A DNA stretch of 64,000 nucleotides from an uncultured Verrucomicrobiae bacterium (lineage in GTDB: Bacteria; Verrucomicrobiota; Verrucomicrobiia; Chthoniobacterales; Terrimicrobiaceae), in contig CAVPOC010000008.1 of the NCBI GenBank assembly GCA_963706955.1, forward strand, positions 992,001-1,056,000, in the 5' to 3' direction. Of this stretch, positions 10,734 to 20,153 are shown one piece after another. Made by a program: the position numbers and the translations under genes. How positions within the stretch are numbered: the first letter of the stretch is position 1; each line of letters opens with the position of its first letter. The notes below the pieces were generated by a model. It saw only the letters and a program-made list of their open reading frames with translations, did no database searches and was not told where the DNA came from.

Positions 10734-11357
10734 ATGGAGAAAGGATCGAAGTCTATTGGAGTGGTTGACTACGGCAGGGGGAATCTTCGCAGCGTTTGCA
10801 AGGCTCTCGAGGCGGTCGGCGCTTCGGTTTCGCTCGTCACCGAAGCCGCCCAACTCGATCGCTTCGATGCCATCGTCGTCCCCGGAGTCGGAGCGTTTGG
10901 CGACTGCGCAGAGAATCTACGCGCCTCCGGGCTTTGGGAGCCCTTGCGCGAATGGTTACAGGCCGAGCGGCCGTATCTCGGGATTTGCCTCGGTTACCAA
11001 CTGCTCTTCGAATCGAGTGAGGAATCACCAGGGAGCAAAGGCCTGGGATTTCTTCCGGGACGCGTTGTCCGCTTCCGAGGAGACAATCTGAAGATCCCCC
11101 ACATCGGATGGAATAGGCTGCGCGAAACGCGCAGTCCCATCTATAAGTCCCTCGCCATGGACCCATACTTCTATTTTGTGCATTCGTATTTTCCCGTCCC
11201 CATCGACGACGACATCGTCAGCGCGCGCTGCGAATACGGAGGATTATTCGCCGCGAGCATCAGCAAAGGCAGCCTGCATGCCACGCAATTTCATCCGGAA
11301 AAAAGTCAATCCGGCGGGCTCACTTTGTTAAAAAATTTTCTCGAGACGCTCGCATAG
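10734..11357 (+). CDS. hisH: Imidazole glycerol phosphate synthase glutaminase subunit
   Basis: DYGRGNL, PGVGAF, GICLGYQ, PHIGWN, QFHPEKS. Confidence 0.96.
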   Translation: MEKGSKSIGVVDYGRGNLRSVCKALEAVGASVSLVTEAAQLDRFDAIVVPGVGAFGDCAENLRASGLWEPLREWLQAERPYLGICLGYQLLFESSEESPGSKGLGFLPGRVVRFRGDNLKIPHIGWNRLRETRSPIYKSLAMDPYFYFVHSYFPVPIDDDIVSARCEYGGLFAASISKGSLHATQFHPEKSQSGGLTLLKNFLETLA

Positions 11358-11386
11358 GGGTCACTTTCGCTGAGGCTCGCCGCGAT

Positions 11387-12100
11387 ATGTTACTGCTTCC
11401 TGCGATCGACCTGATGGATCGACAAGTGGTCCGCCTGAGGCGAGGAGTGGCGGCGGAAAAGGTAGTTTATTCGAACGACCCAGTTTCTATCGCCAAGAAA
11501 TGGGAGGATGCTGGCGCAGACTGGCTCCACCTCGTTGATCTCGATGCGGCCTTCAGTGGGGAACCCAAAAACCTTCCCTGTATTGAGAGCATTTGCGCAG
11601 CCGTCGACGTCCCGTGCCAACTGGGCGGGGGTATGCGCAGCCGGCAAAATATTGCGGCCGCTTTCGACACCGGGGTTCGAATGGTAATTCTAGGCACAAA
11701 GGCTTACGAATCAACGGGTTTTCTCAGGGAAGTGTGTCAAGAATTCGGAGGAGAGCGCATCGCTGTCGGCATCGATGCCAAGGACGGATTGGTGGCCGTA
11801 AAAGGTTGGACCGAAACGACCCCGAAGCGCGCGGTTGATCTTGCGCTCAGCGCTCAGCAAGCCGGCGCCAAAACCGTGATCTACACCGATATTGCGACCG
11901 ATGGTATGCTCGAAGGACCGAACTACTCTGCTTTGACAGAGCTCCTGAATCTTCTCGAATGCAACCTCATCGCCAGCGGCGGAGTGTCCAGTGCGAACGA
12001 CATTCTTAGACTTGCCGCCCTGCCCGGCCTGTATGGGGCAATCATTGGAAAAGCCCTCTACGAAGGAAAAATTGTGCCACCCCTTCCGCGCTTGAAATAA
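11387..12100 (+). CDS. hisA: ProFAR isomerase
   Basis: PAIDL, LHLVDLD, GGGMR, YTDIATDGML.GPN, ASGGV. Confidence 0.95.
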   Translation: MLLLPAIDLMDRQVVRLRRGVAAEKVVYSNDPVSIAKKWEDAGADWLHLVDLDAAFSGEPKNLPCIESICAAVDVPCQLGGGMRSRQNIAAAFDTGVRMVILGTKAYESTGFLREVCQEFGGERIAVGIDAKDGLVAVKGWTETTPKRAVDLALSAQQAGAKTVIYTDIATDGMLEGPNYSALTELLNLLECNLIASGGVSSANDILRLAALPGLYGAIIGKALYEGKIVPPLPRLK

Positions 12101-12158
12101 TCCGCTTGACAAATTTGCCGCCCTTCTGGCATTAGCGTGGGCTCAAATTCAATCTCCG

Positions 12159-12695
12159 ATGAAAAAACTGCTCCTAACCACATCAATAGTTGCACTGTCG
12201 TTTCTCGATGCCTTTGCCGGCGATGGCAAATCCTTCAAGGAAGTAAAGACAGTCGTCGTTCCTGAACCAACCTGCAGATTCCGTGACATGGAATGGCAGA
12301 TCGATGCCTTCTACAGCCATTTCTGGGGCGACGCCGCCGTAAAAGGCGGCCCCGGTGGCGGCTTCGGCGTGAACTTCTTCTTCTTGCGCTACGTCGGTAT
12401 CGGATACGAGGCATCCTGGTTTGATAACGACGGAGTCGCATTTCATCTGCCCGTTGGCGGAAACTTGTTCCTCCGCTATCCCATCTGCTCTCTGAACCTC
12501 GCGCCCTATATACTCGTGGGCGGTGGCGCTGCGTGGGATGGCGATGTCTACGGTTACGGAAATGTCGGAGGCGGTCTTGAGTATCGCTTCACCGATCATA
12601 TTGGTATCTTTGTCGACGGACGCTACGTTTACGGCACCAAGGATGGTTTTGGCAATTCTGCCAACCTTCGTGCAGGGATGCGGTTTGCGTTCTAA
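12159..12695 (+). CDS. Outer-membrane beta-barrel protein
   Basis: Signal peptide, alternating aromatic strands, C-terminal GMRFAF. Confidence 0.8.
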   Translation: MKKLLLTTSIVALSFLDAFAGDGKSFKEVKTVVVPEPTCRFRDMEWQIDAFYSHFWGDAAVKGGPGGGFGVNFFFLRYVGIGYEASWFDNDGVAFHLPVGGNLFLRYPICSLNLAPYILVGGGAAWDGDVYGYGNVGGGLEYRFTDHIGIFVDGRYVYGTKDGFGNSANLRAGMRFAF

Positions 12696-12732
12696 GCCCG
12701 CTATAAGCTAAGCTGAACAAAGGACTCTTACC

Positions 12733-12770
12733 AAAACACCGAAGGAGAAATCCTTCGGTGTTTTGCTTTT
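12733..12770 (+). terminator. Rho-independent terminator
   Basis: aaaacaccgaagga-gaaa-tccttcggtgtttt, a perfect stem with a GAAA loop followed by a T-rich tail. Confidence 0.85.
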
Positions 12771-12887
12771 GGGGCCAACGGCTTTATTTCTTAGAATGAG
12801 AAACCTTAGCTAATTGCAAGCAAAACCTGGGACTGCGCCGACGCGATCCGTTCTTGATTGTCGTCGACCCGGTGAGACAATCCGCGA

Positions 12888-13505
12888 ATGGCCCCTCCCG
12901 CAATTAACACTCTCTTCCTGGATATCGGTGGTGTTCTTCTGACCAACGGCTGGGACACCGACCTGCGCAAACAGACTGCTCAACACTTTGGCCTCGATTA
13001 CGAAGAGATTTATCATCGCCATCACGTCACCTACGACATCTACGAGGAAGGGAAGATGACTCTTGATGAATACCTTTGGCAGATCGTTTTCTATGAACCA
13101 AGGCCGTTCACTCCGGAAGATTTCACGAGCTACCTGCTCGAACAAGCCAAGCCGTATCAGGATACGATCGACTTGGTCAGGCGGCTCAAGGCCGTCTACG
13201 GGTTGCGCGTGGCTGTGGTCAGCAACGAAGGCCGTGAAATCGCCGAAGATCGGATTCGCCGCTTTAATCTCAAGGAATTCGTCGATTTCTTCATCGTCTC
13301 TGCCTTCGTCCATATCCGCAAACCGGACCTCGACATCTATCGTCTGGCCATGGATGTCGCCCACGTGAAGGCCGATCAAGTGGCCTATGTCGAAGATCGC
13401 CCTCTCTTGTGCGACGTGGCAGCACGACTCGGCCTCCACCCCGTTCTCAATAGAAACGCCCAGGAAACACGCGAAAAACTCGCCGCGCTCGGCTTGGTCC
13501 TCTAA
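12888..13505 (+). CDS. HAD family phosphatase
   Basis: FLDIGGVLLTNGWD, VSNE, RKPD, YVEDR. Confidence 0.88.
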   Translation: MAPPAINTLFLDIGGVLLTNGWDTDLRKQTAQHFGLDYEEIYHRHHVTYDIYEEGKMTLDEYLWQIVFYEPRPFTPEDFTSYLLEQAKPYQDTIDLVRRLKAVYGLRVAVVSNEGREIAEDRIRRFNLKEFVDFFIVSAFVHIRKPDLDIYRLAMDVAHVKADQVAYVEDRPLLCDVAARLGLHPVLNRNAQETREKLAALGLVL

Positions 13506-13618
13506 GACCTGACCCAATCTTGCGCGCGCCCACGCGATCGCGCCCCAGACATTTTCCACCATCCCCGCTTGTCAACTGGGAGTCGTTGCGCAATCCTTTT
13601 CCCCTCGCCCGTGAAAAA

Positions 13619-13691
13619 GGCTGGGTAGCTCAGTTGGCAGAGCAGAGGACTGAAAATCCTCGTGTCGGGGGTTCGATTCCCTCCCCAGCCA
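13619..13691 (+). tRNA. tRNA-Phe(GAA)
   Basis: GGCTGGG/CCCAGCC acceptor stem, anticodon arm GAGGA-CTGAAAA-TCCTC, GTTCGATTC T-loop; CCA not encoded. Confidence 0.97.
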
Positions 13692-13762
13692 CCTCCCAGA
13701 AATCTCTGTGGAGTGTCTTAAACTAAGGATGTGCGGATGGAGCACCGAAGATCTCGGATTCA

Positions 13763-15027
13763 GGGTCTCCACCAAATTTTGGGGATGGGGTAGGTATTGG
13801 TATAGTTAGCCGCATTGAGCGATAACGCGAAGGCGGTAGTTGGAGAAGTTTTTAAAGCCGTAGGCGCGGCGTTGGATGAGTTTGAATTTGCGATGGAAGC
13901 CCTCGGTGATGCCATTGTTTTTGGTGAAGCGCCACATGGCCGCGAGAGGTTCTCTCCAGGCCGACAAGGTTTGAGCGAGGGTAAGGAGCGAGGGGAAGGC
14001 ACTGGCTTTGAGCTCATCGATAAAATCGAGGAGTTTCTTAGTGAGAGGACGGCAGGCGCGTTTTGTTTGATGTTTGAGGTTGAGGAGAGCGCGAAGTCGA
14101 TGCATGGCGTCATAGAGGGGCGCGAGAGCAGGATATTTAGCAAAGAGCGCCCTGAGGCGCTGGCGGTCAATGGGCGAGAGGTTGTCCTGTCGTTTACGCA
14201 GGGCAGCCAGGGAGCCGCGATGGTTCTTGATAGGAGGGGCGATCTGACGGGCCAGCTCCAGGAAGTGTTGGATGACAATGCGGATGACATGGAAGCGATC
14301 GGCAACGATCTTGGCTCTGGGGAAATAGGAAGCAATCAGGCTGCGGTAGGGACTTGAGAGATCGATGCAAACCACGCGAACCTTGTCTCTGCCTTGGAGA
14401 GCGGCCAGAAAGGAGCGCAGATCCCTTGGACTGCGGCCGGCAACAATATCGAAGACCCGGTGGTTCTTAAGATCACAGAAGGTGGTGGCAAAACGTTGCC
14501 CCTTGTGAAGGGTGTGCTCGTCGATACCGAGAACCCGAGGGCATTGAAGACTCAAGCGTTCCCTGGCCTTGCGAGAAGTAAATTCCCCGTAGATGCGCTC
14601 CACGGTGGCGCTCCCCAGCTTCATAAGACGCGCCAAAGCCGAGGCGCAAATGCCTTCATGGTGCTGGATGTAGACCTTCTGCCGCCAGGGTTCGGTGCTG
14701 CGCTTCCAGGGCCGCAATCCGGGCGTCTCGGGAAGGAAACTGCGACCACAAGCCCGACACTCAAAGCGCCGGGTCTCGATCTGAAGAAGGCTCGGCAAGC
14801 CAAAGGAATTTAGATGCCGAGCGCGCCGTCGGTAACGTCCCTTGGCGACAATGCGCGGGCTGGCACAGCACCGACAGCAATCCGGTTCCCTTTCCAGTTC
14901 CAAGTGCACAAGCACTTGCCGATTGCTTTCGCTCCGCAAGACGCGGTAGCCTCTTAGTCCGATATCACACACAGGGGGCATGGTGGTCTTTCATTGACCC
15001 CATGTCCCCAATTTTTGATGGAGAGCC
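13763..15027 (-). mobile_element. Complete ISL3-family insertion sequence (1265 bp)
   Basis: IRs GGGTCTCCACCAAATTTTGGGGA / GGCTCTCCATCAAAAATTGGGGA; 8-bp TSD cggattca at 13755-13762 and 15028-15035. Confidence 0.93.
13806..14981 (-). CDS. ISL3 family transposase
   Basis: Zn finger CRCC..CRAC, LGIDEH, VCIDLS..Y, ADRFHV, NGITEGFH..IQRRAYGFKNF. Confidence 0.95.
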   Translation of the reverse strand: MPPVCDIGLRGYRVLRSESNRQVLVHLELEREPDCCRCCASPRIVAKGRYRRRARHLNSFGLPSLLQIETRRFECRACGRSFLPETPGLRPWKRSTEPWRQKVYIQHHEGICASALARLMKLGSATVERIYGEFTSRKARERLSLQCPRVLGIDEHTLHKGQRFATTFCDLKNHRVFDIVAGRSPRDLRSFLAALQGRDKVRVVCIDLSSPYRSLIASYFPRAKIVADRFHVIRIVIQHFLELARQIAPPIKNHRGSLAALRKRQDNLSPIDRQRLRALFAKYPALAPLYDAMHRLRALLNLKHQTKRACRPLTKKLLDFIDELKASAFPSLLTLAQTLSAWREPLAAMWRFTKNNGITEGFHRKFKLIQRRAYGFKNFSNYRLRVIAQCG

Positions 15028-15154
15028 CGGATTCATCACGAAACACAAAGAAGCGACTGGAAACAGTCTAAATTTATCCGCCAATTGTCCCCCGAAAAGT
15101 TGCGCGCGGTCAAATTTGCTAGAGGAGGTAGGCTGCACCTACACTTCACCAAAG

Positions 15155-15901
15155 ATGGACTCGAACTTCATCAGATCCTTTAGCGATTTTCGCAAAATCG
15201 TGACAGGGACAGCGCCCGGAAACAGCGAGTTCTTTCGGGGCGAGCCAAGAGATTATTTTACGCTCATACCAAAGATTGGGCGACTGACCAAAAAGAGGGA
15301 GCCAAAGTCCAAGTTTCTAACAAAGTACCCCGCACATATCGTAGGGGAGAAGAAGATCTTCGAGCGGTTCAAGCGAAACGCGCTTCCCCACCTTGCGCTC
15401 TTGCCAAGAAACGACTGGCAATGGCTAGCTCTAGCTCAGCACCATGGTCTTCCTACCAGGCTACTTGACTGGACCTCAAATCCCCTTATTGCCCTCTACT
15501 TCGCAGTAGGAACAACTTTCACCAGTAACGATTTGGTCAGCGACAAAGCCATGGAACCCCTACGAAACGGCGGGTCCGTGATTTATCGCCTCAAAACACG
15601 ACATGACCTGCTCGACACCACGGCTCAAGAGCCTTTCGATGTAGATGGCGCCGAGCTTTTCGCGGCCCCTGTCGTGACGCAACGAATTCGAGCGCAAAGT
15701 GGATTCTTTACGATCCAAGGCAACCCGCATCGGCCGCTAACGGAACAGTGGAGCAGGCACCGTCTTCACCGCTACTTGATTCCTTTCGAATCCAGAGAGA
15801 CACTTCGTCACGAACTTCTGGCCTACGGCATCAATCACGCTTTCGTGTTTCCCGATTTAGATGGCCTGAGTAGACACCTCCAAGAAGAGCTTAACGACTA
15901 A
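15155..15901 (+). CDS. FRG domain protein
   Basis: FFRGE, LAQHHGLPTRLLDWTSNPLIALYFA, RIRAQSGFF, FPDLDG. Confidence 0.9.
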   Translation: MDSNFIRSFSDFRKIVTGTAPGNSEFFRGEPRDYFTLIPKIGRLTKKREPKSKFLTKYPAHIVGEKKIFERFKRNALPHLALLPRNDWQWLALAQHHGLPTRLLDWTSNPLIALYFAVGTTFTSNDLVSDKAMEPLRNGGSVIYRLKTRHDLLDTTAQEPFDVDGAELFAAPVVTQRIRAQSGFFTIQGNPHRPLTEQWSRHRLHRYLIPFESRETLRHELLAYGINHAFVFPDLDGLSRHLQEELND

Positions 15902-16323
15902 AGATATCTTGTCGCTTGTAACCCGGAGTCAACACCACGTTCTCACAGTACTTGCGCTCACTCCTGCTGACGCTCGATTTTCAGAACTCGCTCTACGGTT
16001 AGAATGGTTCGCAGGCACCCGACAAGCAATTGACCTCTCCGGAAATGATGGCCGCAGCAATTCGACCGATTGAAGCTCATCGGGCAAGGAGATCAGCGTC
16101 CCCTGAATCGACGCCTTTATCTCCCGAGGCACCGACGAGGGCTCCTACCTCGGATCTAATACAGGATAGCGATCTCCGTAGAGAAAATCGCCTTGCCAAA
16201 AACACGTGTTCTTTTGGCACTGCCTCCGTGCGTCAGGCGCACGTCCGCAGATTTCGCAGATTGCGATCGTTTTCAGTCGGTTCACGCAACATTTAGGGTT
16301 ATTACCGGGCGCCGTGAGAAGGA

Positions 16324-17901
16324 CTATTGTTTCAAGCTCCAATATGGAATATGAGTTATCTTTCTCATCGCTTCCAGGAAGATCACGCCGTGCTCTGGTA
16401 AAACGTCGCCTTCCTCGGATGAGTACATGATGCTTTCCCGAAACTGGTCCTCGCGGCCCGCGGGCATTCTCGGCACCGGGTAACCGAACTCTTTTTCAAC
16501 CAGTTGGCTGTGCGCAGCTTCAGCAGATTCACCGGGCAACTCATATTCATCGCCGAGTCCGAGCATGTGGCCGAATTCATGAGCGGCCGTGTCGTCCTGA
16601 ATATCCATGTACGCCAGGACCACAATCCCTGAGCTGACTCTTGAGCCTTTGCCGGGCGCATAATCACCGCGATAGACTTTTATCTTGAAGAGCTGTTTGC
16701 CTCCGGGAATATCTTTCCCGACATCATCGACCTTGACGATGACGTTGGCTTTGAGGTGCTCCAATCCCTCTTCGTAACAATAGAGCGTATGCTTATTTGA
16801 CCAGGTCTGCTCGGCGATCTGAATAAATTTCGTCCGCCACTGCTCAATTTCGTTGCCGGCCCAGACCTTTGCAGAAGCATTAGGATCGCTCCCGGTGGTC
16901 GCGGTAACACTCTGCTTCGGTTTTGAATCCTCAAAAGTGAAATGCACCGGCACAGTAACAGTAAGCGTTTCCTTACTGGGCGAGTACCGGGCCTGGAAAA
17001 AACCATTGTGAAAGAAAAACGCTCCCTTGTGATCGCGCGTCGGGAAGTCTGCTATTCGCTGTTCCTCTTTGACTTGCTCCCGCCAGCGCTCGATCGCCGC
17101 ATCGAAATCGGGCAGATAATCTTCATTCCGTTCCCAGGATCCCTGAAAGCCGTATGGGGCCAGAAGAGCGTAAACCCTGCTTTCCTTCCGGATCAGATAG
17201 TGAATGAAGAGATCTTTCGAATAAAGCGCTCTTAAGGTCCTCAGCCATTCAATGGACTCGTAATCAGACTTAGGCTTGGGCAGCGGGCTCCAATCACCGG
17301 CAATTCCGACGGCGGTTGCACCTGGGATCGTTTCAACCGCACCTCCGCCCGCGATCACATTCGCGACTCTATCAGCGCTTTGCTCGTGTGACGCCTCGGA
17401 ATCGGCTTCCGGTGCCGGTCCGCCTCTACTTTGCTGAATCGTGTGGACGAGTTCATGTGCGATCAACCGGCGTCCTTTGCGACTCTGTGGATCCAGTCGA
17501 TCAGCGCCGAACACGATGTCCTGGCCGACAGTGTAGGCTTTAGCGCCGATTGCTTGTGCGGATTCGGCCGCGCGTGAGGTCGCGTGGACGCGCACCTGGC
17601 TGAAATCATGACCCAGGCGCGGCTCCATAAAATTACGCACGGCGGGACTGAGGGGTTGGCCAGGCGAAGCTAACACTTCATGGACGATAGGGGGCGCTGG
17701 GTTAACTCCGGAGTTGCCTGCGTTAAGATCACCGGACCTGGCTCGTAACAGCCGCTGCATGGCTTGATTACCAATCGTGCGCTGCAAGTGCAGAATGGGA
17801 TGTGCATGATGAATCGACCCAGATGTTGCCGCGTTCGACCGAGCAAGGCTGGGGAATACTCGTTCTTGAGGTTGATTCTGCTTTTGCGCAAAGGTTCGCA
17901 T
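16324..17901 (-). CDS. DUF4157 (eCIS-core) domain protein with C-terminal zinc metallopeptidase
   Basis: LQRTIGNQA, GHDFSQVRVH, AKAYTVGQDIVF, LIAHELVHTIQQ, HEQSAD; second motif HEFGHMLGLGDEY. Confidence 0.9.
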   Translation of the reverse strand: MRTFAQKQNQPQERVFPSLARSNAATSGSIHHAHPILHLQRTIGNQAMQRLLRARSGDLNAGNSGVNPAPPIVHEVLASPGQPLSPAVRNFMEPRLGHDFSQVRVHATSRAAESAQAIGAKAYTVGQDIVFGADRLDPQSRKGRRLIAHELVHTIQQSRGGPAPEADSEASHEQSADRVANVIAGGGAVETIPGATAVGIAGDWSPLPKPKSDYESIEWLRTLRALYSKDLFIHYLIRKESRVYALLAPYGFQGSWERNEDYLPDFDAAIERWREQVKEEQRIADFPTRDHKGAFFFHNGFFQARYSPSKETLTVTVPVHFTFEDSKPKQSVTATTGSDPNASAKVWAGNEIEQWRTKFIQIAEQTWSNKHTLYCYEEGLEHLKANVIVKVDDVGKDIPGGKQLFKIKVYRGDYAPGKGSRVSSGIVVLAYMDIQDDTAAHEFGHMLGLGDEYELPGESAEAAHSQLVEKEFGYPVPRMPAGREDQFRESIMYSSEEGDVLPEHGVIFLEAMRKITHIPYWSLKQ

Positions 17902-18252
17902 GGTTTATCTGCCTAACCTCCACCTTGAAGGTTGCATGACGCAATAGCCGGCATGCAACCTTGTTGAACAAGCCCGGATTAGAAGCAACGGGTGAAGATC
18001 AGCGCCTTGCGGATTTCATATTGACTTCGATTCCCTCCCCAGCCACCTCTCACAAATCTCTCTGAAGTGGCTTCAATAAAGGGTCACCGGGTGATCACCT
18101 CAGAAAAGCCGAATCCAATCGGTACTCAATCGTATTAATCGGATCATAGCGAAATTTAGTCACTATTTAGTCACCAGAAATTGCTGAAATTGCGACGCGA
18201 CGGTTCTCGCAGGCGTGACTGCGGCCACGCATGGCCCTAGAGCGATTTGCGA

Positions 18253-18872
18253 TTACGAACGAAGAGCGATGTTGACCTCGGCCTGGACCCTGCGGAGTCC
18301 GTCCTCGGACGACCCTGGTAGCAGGGCGGTGATGTCTGCGATAATGGAGCGCTCCGATGGCGTGAAGCGATTCATTCTTCTCCACTCTTCGACCCAAGCG
18401 TCGATAATCTCCTTCTTGAGCTTCTTTTCACGCAGTGGGTGAGCTTCGATCGAGTCCTGATACACAGGACTGGTGTAAATGCTCTTGAGCTTATCGAGGT
18501 AGGAATGGCTCAGTGTTGTATCTCGCGAGATGTCGAGGAACGCTTCCTGCACAATTTGTCCTCTAGACTAGAAGACCGTAGACCAGCTCACGGTTGTGTC
18601 GGTTGGTCACTTCGATGAGACCGATGAAGGCACAGCCATCACCCTCCAATTCCTTTGGAACATCCGAATAGGGATTGAAGCCCTCAGCGAGTTCTTCTCT
18701 CCGGTATTGCTCGATCTTGGGGACGACGACCTTCTGCCGGTATTCGACGACGAAATCCGGCTCGTAGTCGGGGTCTTCTCTTTCGAGAGCTTCTCGCAGC
18801 GATCATCCGGTTCGCCAGCTCGTTGGGTTTGACGCCAAAATGTCTCGCCATGCGCCGGAGCTTTTCCGGCAC
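18253..18872 (-). pseudogene. Degraded hypothetical mobile-element gene
   Basis: Adjacent fragments in shifting frames (MARHFGVKPNELANRM / LREALEREDPDYEPDFVVEYR / EIIDAWVEEWRR); a homologous piece lies at 47893-48031. Confidence 0.5.
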
Positions 18873-18927
18873 TTACGTGCTATTTCGTTCGATCTGAGGA
18901 GATGAAAAAAAAGATCCAAACTGATGC

Positions 18928-19106
18928 TATCCCGAATCGATCACCGTGGATAACGGTAGCGAGTTTTGCAGCCGAGTCATGGATGCCTGGGCCTATCGCC
19001 ACGGCGTAAAGCTGGACTTCATTCGGCCCCGGCAAGCCGGTAGAGAACGGTCCATTGTTGAGCAGAACTCCAGCTATGTCATGTCCACCTTTTGGGGTTC
19101 AGGCCA
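18928..19106 (+). mobile_element. IS3-family transposase 3' remnant with probable right end
   Basis: PESITVDNGSEFCSRVMDAWAYRHGVKLDFIRP(G)KPVENG, then an end-like sequence ...ggggttcaggcCA. Confidence 0.8.
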
Positions 19107-19130
19107 CGAAAAGCAGACCCGTCCAAGTGG

Positions 19131-20147
19131 TCAGGGCTGAATGCGTTCGCCTTCGCGGTCGAAGTAAAGCGGGTGGCGGAGATTCAATCCGACTTCGTCG
19201 CCGGTGCTAAGAGTTGATTCCGGCGGAACGAGCACGAGAACCTGCGTTCCCTTGACGTCGATGAGAAGGTTGGATTGGTTCCCGAGGTGTTCGGCGAGGA
19301 CAACTCGGCCGTCTGCTTTGCCATTTTGACCCCGGGAGATGGTAATATGTTCGGTGCGCGCGCCGAACGTCACGGTGTTCGGCGGCTTCGGTTCCGCGGG
19401 CATGAGTTCAGCCGGAATGAGGTTGATGGCGGGCTGGCCGAGCTTGAGCGCAGCGTAAATGTTGCGCGGCCTTTCATAGATCTCGCGCGGGCTGCCTTGT
19501 TGGACGAGCTGCCCTTCGCGCAGGATGCCGATGCGATCTGCCAGCGTCATCGCTTCGACTGCGTCGTGGGTCACATACAGAATGGTGGCGCCCATGTCTC
19601 GCTGGATGCGCTTGATCTCGAGTCGGAGGTCAACCCGCAGCTTGGCGTCGAGTGAGGAGAGCGGTTCGTCCATAAGGTAGATGTTCGGCTCGCGGATAAG
19701 CGCGCGTCCAATCGCGACGCGCTGCATTTCGCCGCCCGAAAGCCGCGTGGAACGGTTCTGCAGTTTGTGATCGATGCGAACCAACTTCGCGACGCGCTCG
19801 ACGCGTTGAGCGATTTCAGCCGCAGACATTTTGCGGTTGGGAGCGCGCAGCGGGAAGGCGAGATTCTCATAAACGCTCAAGTGCGGATAGAGCGAATATT
19901 GTTGGAAAACGAAGGAAACGTCCCGCTGCGCCGGAGCATCTAAGGTGGCGTCCTGCCCAGCTATGATAATGGTCCCCTCTTCCGGGTTCTCCAGTCCCGC
20001 GATCAGTCGCAAGGTGGTCGTTTTACCTGCGCCGGTCGGTCCGAGCAGCACGAAGAACTCGCCATCGCGAATCGTGAGATCGAGTTCCGAAATGGCGGTG
20101 GTCCGGCCGAAACGTTTCGAGACCTTTTTGAGTGTGACTTCCGCCAT
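19131..20147 (-). CDS. Sugar/polyol ABC transporter ATP-binding protein
   Basis: GPTGAGKTT, LSGGEMQR, MDEPLS, TOBE tail. Confidence 0.93.
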   Translation of the reverse strand: MAEVTLKKVSKRFGRTTAISELDLTIRDGEFFVLLGPTGAGKTTTLRLIAGLENPEEGTIIIAGQDATLDAPAQRDVSFVFQQYSLYPHLSVYENLAFPLRAPNRKMSAAEIAQRVERVAKLVRIDHKLQNRSTRLSGGEMQRVAIGRALIREPNIYLMDEPLSSLDAKLRVDLRLEIKRIQRDMGATILYVTHDAVEAMTLADRIGILREGQLVQQGSPREIYERPRNIYAALKLGQPAINLIPAELMPAEPKPPNTVTFGARTEHITISRGQNGKADGRVVLAEHLGNQSNLLIDVKGTQVLVLVPPESTLSTGDEVGLNLRHPLYFDREGERIQP

Positions 20148-20153
20148 CGGCGC

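Larger units (their letters stand above)
13672..18049. mobile_element. tRNA-Phe-integrated islet bounded by a 24-bp direct repeat; no integrase inside
   Basis: ttcgattccctccccagccacctc at 13672-13695 and 18026-18049. Confidence 0.85.

Noticed and set aside
15002..15154. N-terminal extension of the FRG ORF
   Set aside because: The ATG lies within the ISL3 end; the FRG domain begins after 15155
16243..16265. ccgcagatttcgcagatt short repeat resembling half of a REP-like element
   Set aside because: Single partial copy; not enough support
17911..17969. 59-bp GTTCAAC..GTTAGGC element as an attC
   Set aside because: The core sites fit RYYYAAC/GTTRRRY, but the spacers are asymmetric (0 versus 10 nt) and there are no complementary L boxes at the expected positions
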